Assembly: GCA_976551045.1 (NCBI GenBank)
Contig: CDPCPM010000196.1
Coordinates: forward strand, 5,146,001 to 5,210,000
DNA from: Glaucostegus cemiculus
Taxonomy: Eukaryota
Direction: 5' to 3'
DNA length: 64,000 nt
Shown here piece by piece: positions 1 to 9,295 of the stretch (the stretch's first letter is position 1; each line of letters starts with the position of its first letter). The translations under genes and the position numbers were made by a program. The notes beneath the pieces were generated by a model. That model had not been told where the DNA came from and ran no database searches. It saw nothing but the letters and a program-made list of their open reading frames with translations.

Positions 1-1748
1 TGACTATTTTAAAGTGTCAGGCGAAAAAAATGGAAGTGACATGGTGACAAAGGGAAATCAGGCCGCAGATGAAGCAGCCAGGAAAGCCTCTCGATGTCGT
101 TTGGTTGTTATTGCATCTCAGGTGGGTCTGGGTCCAGAACCCCAAATGGAGAACATAATTGAAATACAAGGTAAGGAACAAACAACGTGGAGACAAAGAG
201 GAGCTATGTGAAACCAAGAAGGTCTGTGGAGCACAGATAATGGTTTGTTGGCAACACCTACCTCTTTGTTGACTACCCTCATTTCAGAGGTACATGGGTT
301 GGATCATTCTGCAAGGGGGAGAGGTTAAACAAATCACAATGGGTGTGGGTATAGCATTGCTTATGTCTACACTCATTTTATAATGCTTCCTTCCACACTT
401 TAAGTCCCTTCTACTGCGCGCCAAAGTGAAACAGTTTCCGATGCTCCTGGCGAAGACTGTGTCAAAACCCCCAGGGAAGGAAGTCGCAACAACATACTTC
501 TATGATCTGACTCCAGGAAATGTGCTCAATGATGACCACAACACTACAGATGACAACTATGCTTATGTTAGGGATTATTCTGTGAGGGCCGCAAGGTCCT
601 TTTCCGCGTCTCAGTTACGGAGGGATGGGTTTTTGGACCTCAGGCTCAGGCCATAGAGAGTGGATTCATGAGGCCTGGACACAAAAAGTACATTCTACCC
701 ATTTTTGGAATGATTGGCTTTAGTATTTGGGTGTCGTGTCCTATCAATTCTTTCTCTATGTCAGACCGTGGAACGCTCAAGGAGTGGGGGGGGGGGGGGG
801 CGGGATTATATAGAATATGGAGAGTAGAAAATTGAGTCTGTAAACGTGTTTATTCATTAATTATTGGGTGTCTAAGATGGCCGCTGGTGTTCCTGAGATG
901 GCTGCTGTTCTTTTTTTTTCAGCCCAAGCGCGTGGAACTCAGTGCAGAGACATAAAGCTCATTAAACAAATGGACAGTTCAGGAAAACACTTTTGATCTC
1001 AGGTAGCTAATTTAAAAGATCGGAAGCACATGTCTAGGAAGAGAGTATTCTGCTTTATTGTGCAGCTAATGATTTCATAGCAGCGAGTAGTTTTGATAAC
1101 TAAGAGCTTGGTGCCAACAAGTCTCAGGACTCAGAAGAGATAGTGACACTCTTTTGATGTTTTATAAAGAATAGCCTCGTAGCTAAGAAGGTTTAATACT
1201 GCTAATAATTGGATTGGAGAATAACTAAGTTTAGAAACTATGTACTCCCAAGATGTTCGCAGGTAATTGGGGCACCCTGTGTTTGAGTCACGAAATGCCA
1301 CGGATAGGAGACAAATGGTTAAAGAATGAAGCCACAAAGGTAACAGAGAACATGGTGGGTTGTGAGGATGTGATTGAACTATGAAAGATATATTATTATT
1401 AGAAAATTGCCTAGTACCGATTTAAAAAATGCATGTAGTAATTAGACTAAGAAATAACTGTAGCGCAGTTACAATTATGATATAAGTAGACTAGAGGTAA
1501 AATAAAAGCAATTATGTGAGCTAAGGAATGCAGAGTTTACAGATAGGTGTCACTTTGTGATTGAAATTGGTGCGATTGATTGTATGACTAAGCTGGTGAG
1601 GAAAATAAAAAGAGCTTGTAAGCCGTTGTTCGGGGGCACTTGGCGAAAGGGTTCAGCAAGTGTCTCAGCTTTTGTTTGCATATAAAAGTTTAACTACTTG
1701 ACGAATCTTCTGCGTCTCCTGGTCAATTGATTCTCGGGAAACCACAAC
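1..1748 (+). mobile_element. Degenerate class I (epsilon-like) ERV remnant: RNase H end, integrase N-terminus, env TM fragment, PPT, 3' LTR
   Basis: KGNQAADEAARKA (RNase H C-terminus), HGLDH (integrase zinc motif), G-rich PPT at ~781-805 followed by ~940 bp of LTR-like sequence ending where CR1 coding sequence resumes. Confidence 0.75.
806..1748 (+). repeat. Putative ERV 3' LTR (also ~32345-33285 and ~52343-53283)
   Basis: Immediately after a polypurine tract; AAGATGGC (YY1-like) motif near 875; TATA/polyA-like motifs at ~1603 and ~1680; boundaries approximate. Confidence 0.55.
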
Positions 1749-2470
1749 GATGGTCGCAAATGTTGTGGCTTTATTCAACAAGCGCAAAGGGGACAATCCA
1801 AGAAATTGCAGGCCGGTGAGTCACTCATCAGCAGTAGGGAACCTAATGGAGTGGATTCTTGGGAACTGGTGGATTCGCACACATTTGGTAAAACATGGAT
1901 TGATTATGGACAGTCAGCATGGCTTTGTACGTAGCAGGATAGGTCTAACAAAAGTGCCTGAATTTTTCCTGGAGATGACCCAGGTGATTAATGTGATTAC
2001 AGCAGTGGATTGACTGCACAGAATTTCGGAAGGCATTTGACAAGGTCAAGTATGGTGGACTGATCCGGGAGATTAAGATGCATGATGTTCATCGTCACAT
2101 GGCAGCTTGGACTGAGAATGGACTTGCCCATAATAGACAGAGAATACTGGTGGAAGTGTGCTATTCTGACTGGATGATTGTGGTAAGTGGTGCTTCAAAG
2201 GGATCGCTGCTGGATCCGTTTATGATATCAGTTGGATGAAAATGTAGATGGATGAGTTGCTAAGTGTGCAGACGATAGAAAAACGGGTAGAAATGTACAC
2301 AGTAAAATGATAGAGCAGAATATTAATCAGTTACGGATAGGGGAGGAGAAATAAGAGTTGGAGATTAATCTGAGTAACTGTCAGGTGTTGAATTTTCTGG
2401 AGGGGGACGGGTGTCAAATGTAAGGGAAAACGGAAATAATAGCAGGACATTTAACTGCATTGATTTACAG
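1749..2470 (+). mobile_element. CR1 LINE ORF2 (RT) fragment, degenerate (also ~33286-33990 and ~53284-53990)
   Basis: ANVVALFNKRKGDNPRNCRPVS...HLVKHGLIMDSQHGFV...KAFDKV...SKCADD, typical of CR1 RT. Confidence 0.85.
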
Positions 2471-2716
2471 AGAGAGATTTACATTGTAAATTATTATTCT
2501 CTCTGCTTACTGAGGTGGGGGTAGTTGCGCAGTTGCCATTATTAGCAACATCAGACGAGATCTGACTTTTTTTTTGTTTGTTTAAATGACTGTCACTAAC
2601 CCCAACCATTTTGTGTCAGTTATTTATCACACGGATTCTCTCGAGTATATCTTGCAAACTTACAAAGCCATAAACCTCCTCATGCGACTGACAGAAACCC
2701 AGGTTTCTCTTCCAGC

Positions 2717-4688
2717 ATGGAAAAGCCGGTACTAATTCAGACAGAACTTATTTACTACCCTATCCTTGCCACAGTCAGCGTACCTGGTGAGCCTCCTATT
2801 ATTTTCTGTCAAAGTTTCACTGTGTAGCTTCTAATTTTAAATGTATTTCTGCTATTTGCATTAAGTTTGATTGACACATACGAATGACTGGTTTTGAAAT
2901 CTAACCGACGTACACCGAAGTAAAATGACTTCGACAGTGTTGAAAGACAACAACAATTAACCTGACATGACTCAGTATTTTGGGCGCCAGTAACGGCTGC
3001 AATGGCAGGTCGTGCCTCAGCGAGAAGTGCCAAAGCGGATAGATGAGCTAAATTAGATGTCCATGGGATTGAGGAGGCTGAGAAGGGCAAGGAATTTTAA
3101 CTTTACAATAATTTCGGCTACTCGGGAGAAACGGAAGAGCGGCTGCTACTCCACTAAAATGTCCTAGGTAACTGAAGGACAGCAGGTCACCCACAGAGTT
3201 AACGAACTGCGCGCAGATCCTCAGCCGTATGATATATAAGATTAATTGGAATTATATCCGCATGTTGAATTAAATCTGGGGATTCCTTTCAAATTTTAAG
3301 GATGGTCAAATTTTCAAAAAATATTCATCGTATTTCAACTGGCGCACACTTCTTAAGGTTCTCGCATGAAAGCTGATGCGCATTTCTTACTATGAAGTGA
3401 CAGGAAGTTGAACAATAAGATATGACGCTTGAGACTGATTAGCGTAGCAGCCTCTATGCTTAACAGTCGACATTCCGCTCTATTCAAGTGAATGGTGCCT
3501 GATTTGATTGAGCTGTGAGACTTCCATACCACCGATAGTTGCTCCATTCGAATGTTCCGGCCTCGTTTAGCCATGCACTGTAGGATTTTGTTCATCACTA
3601 TTTCCGACAAGAAACAATACAGCTTGTCTTACAGAATCATGCGCACCTCGTCAGTACGAGGAAAAGAAGTCTGGTTCGGAGTCAAATAATCCACTTAATT
3701 TCATGCGACGAGCAGCCAGCACACCTCGTTGCAAGACCAATTAATGGTGGTAAATAATAACATATATCTTTTTTACCTGCAGCAAATTTCTTAGCCATCG
3801 TCATTCTGTTCCGTGGAAAATGTGGGCTCTCCAAATGCATCACCATTATATGGTGTCCATGGCCATAACTGATTTACTGGTTCTGGTGTTTCAGATAATT
3901 CTGTATGAGTTTAAGGATGGCTATTTCCCTGATTCGTTCCAGAATATAACTCCAGTTTGTAGTCTGCACCATGCCCTCATTCTTTTCTCCATGCATTGCT
4001 CTGTGTGGCTAACGGTGGCCTTCACCTTCGATCGATACATCACCATTTGTTGTCATAACCTATGGTCACAATACTGCACAGAAAAAACTGCGATTCGGGT
4101 GATATCAGTGGTTCTTGCCATAAGTATTTTCGAAAATATCCCAGTTTATTTCTCTTCATGCCTTGGAAAATAATTGACAACGTAGCTTGGTACTGTATTC
4201 TGAAATCGGAATTCTACACCTCACCTCTGTGGGTCACATTTTGGTGGTTTGAAACTATTTGTATCCCATTTGCACCATTTCTGCTGATCATGCTGCTCAA
4301 TAGTCTGACAATTAAGCATATACAAGCCAACAGAGTGCGGAGCGGACTCCGAGGGAGCAAGAATAATGAGAGTTCCACAGATAAAGAGGTGGAGAACCGG
4401 AGGAAGTCAATCATTCTATTACTCGCTGTATCTGGCAGCTTCCTCCTACTGTGGACGGTAAATTTCGCGAGCTACATTACTGTACAGTTCGCAGATGCTC
4501 CGTCTTTTGATACAAACTACAACGAACCATTTACCATTGCAAACGAAACAGGATATATGCTGAGGTGTTTGAGTACTTGCACGAACACGTTTATTTACGC
4601 GGTGTTTCAGACAAAATTCAGGGAGGAATTAAAACATATGATTTCGAGCCCTTTCCTTTGCTTGAATAATTCCATAAAGATCTTCTAA
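2717..4688 (+). pseudogene. GPR139/GPR142-like class A GPCR pseudogene, copy A; exon 1 2717-2786, exon 2 3783-4688
   Basis: Exon 1 MEKPVLIQTELIYYPILATVSVP + G|GTGAG donor; acceptor ttttacctgcAG; exon 2 ANFLAIVILFRGKCGLSKCIT, TM2 MAITDLLVL, FTFDRYITIC, ENRRKSIILL, TM7 CTNTFIYAVFQTKFREEL; two -1 frameshifts (~3843, ~4150); repaired length 325 aa. Confidence 0.9.
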
Positions 4689-4884
4689 AGTCACAGTGAA
4701 AAAAAGTTCGTTTCAATGAGACTCTTCAAGTGCATATTATTTATTGCATCCCACTCTCACCGAGTTAGGAGTCCATTCGAACCATTGAGTCGAGAACAAC
4801 TGTCAGAAGAATCACCCACCCCTCTCCCCTCTTTTCCACTCATCTGGCCCTCTTCCTTTTCTTTTTCTAAAACCGGTCAACGGC

Positions 4885-5085
4885 CCAGAAATTTACCCAT
4901 TGTCCGCCCACACCAGTTGCAATTCACAGCGACGAATCAATCAAGTACTTTCAATATTTGGTATGTGCGAGGATAGTTGGAATACCCAGAGGAAACCGAA
5001 GTGGTCACAGTAAGGATATTCAGTTTCCACGCAAACTGCACTGGAACTAATGCTAAGAGGCTACCGCATTGCCTCGCATCACTGC
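4885..5085 (-). mobile_element. Degenerate V-SINE (HE1-like) fragment (also ~36400-36600, ~56400-56600)
   Basis: Reverse complement resembles the V-SINE core (…GTGACC…GGTTTCCTCTGGGTATTCC…TCC…CACAT.CCAAA…). Confidence 0.5.
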
Positions 5086-5534
5086 AGACCCCCAGAATTT
5101 CATTGTGTAAAATTACGTTTGGGACATATTTTCATCTTAGAAGAACTACTGACCGGCCGGGATTGCTCTCCGCTGAAGTGTTTGCTTTCATCATGAATAA
5201 AATCTAAGAAATTCAATGAAAGTATGTTTATCTGTTCTGTCCTGCTGGTTGCATTCTTTATTCCATTTTTGATGTTCGTTTCAAATTAAGAGTTTTTCCC
5301 AACAATATCAATGCAATTTTAAATATATTTGAACATCAGAACATTTCGGCAATGCCAGCTGCCACCAGTGCGTTCCACCTCAGGCGCTGCCTCCTTTCGA
5401 CACATGGCCATGTGCGGCCCTTCCGCTTCATGTGTTGGTGTGCAGAGGAGCAGCAGGTTGGCGTGCACTGCGTGTCAGTGCAGGGTCGGAAAGAGGGTCA
5501 GACGAAGCAGGGTTTTGTCCAATAGCATCACAAC

Positions 5535-6125
5535 CTACAATGTGTGAATATTCTGAAATGTCGCTCCTGCTAATCAAGATTGTTGGCCCGTGTTCAGCAA
5601 AACCTAGCAGAGATGTTTTGGATATTTACAGCTGAAGGGTGTATTCTTTCCAGGAAAATCAATGGGAATTCTGCGAACTGAAATGCCAAAGAATGGCTTG
5701 TTAATGACTTCTCCAATTTTAATCAACGTAACTGTTGATTCGGTTTCACAAACAACATATATTCACTGGAAAGATTCGAATGCAATTTGGTGCATTAGTT
5801 GAGAAATGGAATCTTATGTTCGGACTGACGTGGACAATGCTCACACAAATAAAGTGCGAATTAAAGTGAAGTAGTTATTTCGTTTTTTTTTTAAACAAAC
5901 AATGGGCAATATTTGCTGTTAACTGCTTGAGCGGTACCTGTACCTCACGTAAGTCGCTTCATGTATATTGCTGTGTTAAATCTACTGCTATTAATACACG
6001 ATCAGTACGTGTCCTTCTTTCAGCTACCATTTTAACCTGAAATGGCATGACCGCCAGGACAATTGATGTCATAATGTATTTGAAAGGAGGACAGGTGTAC
6101 CCGCTGCCTCACAGCTCAAGAGTCA
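5535..6125 (+). repeat. Ancient internal repeat block, member 1 (paralogs at ~25430-26020 and ~27675-28040)
   Basis: Shared anchors gaa.att.tgaaa, agcagaga.gtt, acttctccaat, gga.tgac.tggac and (members 1 and 2 only) ttgctgtgttaaatc.actgct, ggacaggt.tacccgctg.ctcacagc. Confidence 0.75.
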
Positions 6126-6577
6126 CAGTTTCTTTTCTTTCTTTTTCAATCTTTTTATTGATAACAAATCATTACAGGTTAAGATATATAACAACAATGT
6201 TTACACATGTATTATATAAATATCAAATAATCGTAGATAATCATAAAAAAGCAATAAAATATGATGTATATAAAAGAAATAATTCCAACAATATCTCAGT
6301 TCATAAATGTAATATAAAAAATAAAAAAGAAAAAGATTTGTTATATAATTAGAAAAAAAAGAAAACAAAAAAACCCCAAAACATTTAAAAAAAAACAATT
6401 TAAAAAAATCATAATATAGAATAAATTGAACCAAAAATGAATTTAAAAAAAAGGGAAAAAAAAACAAAACAAGAAGAAGAAAAAAAAACTGGGCTAAAAT
6501 TCAATAGAGATAGAACAATATAATGTCATCAGCTCCGTTTCTCTAAATTTTAAAAAAAAAAGTTATAGAAGGGGAGA

Positions 6578-8333
6578 CTACATTGTATGAAAGTATTGAA
6601 TAAATGGACTCCAAACATCTTCAAATTTAAGCGAAGAATCAACAGTACCACTCCTAATTTTTTCCAAATTAAGACATGAAATAGTTTGAGAGAACCATTG
6701 AAAAGTGGTAGGGGGTATTGGATCCTTCCATTTGAGCAGGATTGCTCGTTTGGCCATCAATGTAACAAAAACAATCATACGATTAGCAGAAGCAGGTAAA
6801 TGGCCAGACTTTATCCATGGTAATCCAAAAATTGCAGTAATAGGGTAAGGTTGTAAAACGTTCTTCAATACATCTGAAATAATATTAAAAATGTCTTTCC
6901 AATATTTTTCCAAATTAGGACAAGACCAGAACATATGTGACAAAGAAGCCACGTTTGATTTACATCTGTCACATATAGGGTTTATACGATCATAAAAACG
7001 AGCTAGCTTATCTTTGGACATATAGGCCCTGTGCACAACTTTAAACTGTATCAATGAATGTCTGGCACACATTGAGGATGTATTAACTAAATGAAGAATT
7101 TTCTTCCAAGTCTCTATAGATATAGAAATCTGCAGTTCAATTTCCCAATCATTTTTAATTTTGTCCAGTGAATCTGCTGGTATTTTCATAATTAAATCAT
7201 AAATTATTGCTGTCAAGCCCTTCTGATGAGGATTAAAACCTAAAATTTTATCAATAATTTCATCTTTATAAAGAAATGGAAAGGAAGGTATAGTAGCTTT
7301 TAAAAAATTTCTAATCTGCAAATATCGAAAAAAATGTGATCTAGGTAAATTATATTTATTAGACAGCTGTTCAAAAGATGCAAAACAGTTATCAATGAAT
7401 AGATCACAAAAGCATACTATTCCCTTCCTTTTCCAAAAAGAAAAAGCTGTATCTAGTCTAGATGGTTGAAAAAAAAAATTAGATTGTATAGGACTTGACA
7501 AAACAAATTTAGTCAATCCAAAGAATTTACGAAATTGAAACCATATTCGTAATGTATGTTTAATGATTGGGTTAGTCATATATTTACTTAATTTGGTAAG
7601 TGCAAAAGGAAGTGAAGCTCCTAAAATAGAGAATAACGAAAATTCAAATGTTGATTGATACTCAAGATGTACCCATTTAGGGCATTGAATAACATTTAAG
7701 TCTTGTGTCCAAAAAATTAAATATCTGATATTGATTGCCCAATAATATAATCTAAAATTAGGCAAGGCCATACCACCATCCTTTTTCAGTTTTTGTAAAC
7801 ATTTCTTACTTAGTCTTGGATTCTTGTTCTGCCAAATATATGAAAGAATTTTAGAATCAACCTTGTCAAAAAAAGACTTTGGGATAAAAATTGGAATCGC
7901 TTGAAATAAATATAAAAATTTTGGTAAGATATTCATCTTAATTGCATTAATTCGGCCTATCAGTGATAAAGACATTGGAGACCATTTAGTAAGCGATTGT
8001 TTAACTTGGTCAAATAAAGGTAAAAAATTAGCTTTAAATAAATCCTTATGTTTATTAGTAATTTTAACACCTAAATACATAAAATAATCAGTTACCAATT
8101 TAAAGGGTAACTGGCTATAAATTGAGGTTTTCATATTCAGTGGAAAAAGTTCAGTCTTATTAAAATTTAGTCGATAACCAGAAAAAACACTGAATTGATC
8201 TAATAATAATAGTACTGCAGGGATCGATTCGTCTGGATTAGAAAGATAAAGTAATAAGTCATCTGCATAAAGAGATATCTTATGAGTATTCTGTCCACGA
8301 ATAATACCATGTATATTTAAAGAGTCTCGGATT
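6578..8333 (-). pseudogene. L1 ORF2 C-terminal part (RT YADD at 8258-8269 through the cysteine-rich CCHC domain)
   Basis: HKISLYADDLLLYL…SGYRLNFNKT…YLGV…GRINAIKMNILPKFLYLFQ…GGMALPNF…CDRC-x8-HMFWSC. Confidence 0.92.
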
Positions 8334-9170
8334 TGTTACGAAACCAGCAACAAAAGAAGCACACCAAGTCATACTTCAGTGTTAAATCTACTTTATTAAT
8401 AACTATATCCGATAATACGTAAAATAAGAATAAAAAGTTAGTATATTAGTACACAATAAAATGTTAGAATCTTAACCCCAAAACTATAACCTCAAAACTA
8501 CTCGTCGTGTATGTGCGGCAAGTTCCTAAACTCCAAGTCCAGGAATTAGGTCTTAAAGTCAGTTCAGTAAGCCGTAAGATGACACGAATAAAGGCTTCTT
8601 CACAAGCACTGTCCACCGAAGACAAAATATAGATATAGAGAGAGATTAGAGAGGAATCACGAAATCCAAATGTTCCACTCGAAACTCAAACGACACTTCA
8701 GGGCTTACTCAGTAGTGACTTTCTCACCCTGAAAACTCCTTGAATGTTGACTGTCCATGCAAATACCTGTGTTCTTCTACAGGTTAGCAGCAAAGTGAAT
8801 TCCGTCACTTTGTTCCACAGTATCTGCCACTCTGAAGAGCATCCAAAATGTGGTTGTTCACGCAAACACCTGTGTCCTTCTACAGGTTACCGACAAAGTG
8901 AACTCCACTGGACTACTCCAGAAATCTATCCACGGATTTTAGTGACAAACACAGTTACGGTCCTTCATCCATCGACAGAAACAAAACAAGCTGCCATCTC
9001 GCCTTCTTCTCTCTTTCCATCTGTCTGTCTGTCTCTCTCTCTCTTATCTTTTTTCTTTCTTGCAATGACCTCATCACGTTAGTCCCATCTTCTGTTGACG
9101 TAATACGTTACACACACACACAATGTCCCATCTAAAAGGGATATTTGCCTAAGTAAGCTACTTCGTAACA
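8334..9170 (-). repeat. Gypsy 3' LTR
   Basis: Direct repeat of 13299-14135; TG…CA ends; preceded on the minus strand by a purine-rich tract GTGTGGGAGG (9171-9180). Confidence 0.95.
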
Positions 9171-9295
9171 CCTCCCACACAAACAGAATTTTTTTTTCAA
9201 AAAAATTATTACCCGCGCATATAGTTAGTGATGTTAGTAATTATCATTCTACATACTAACAGTATATCAGATTAGTAACAATATAGGTCTTTCGT

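Noticed and set aside
3635-3749. Extra exon within the GPCR intron (cttacAG…GTAAAT)
   Set aside because: In-frame stop in the phase needed, and exon 1 already joins exon 2 seamlessly within TM1
3820-4688. Two separate membrane-protein genes (117 aa and 208 aa)
   Set aside because: They are frameshifted pieces of one GPCR exon
6047-6467. Low-complexity ORFs rich in F/Y or K/N
   Set aside because: A/T-rich L1 3'UTR, compositional artefact
8744-9082. 112-aa ORF duplicated at 13709-14047
   Set aside because: Antisense frame inside the LTR that includes CT-repeat-derived residues; the duplication simply reflects the LTR pair
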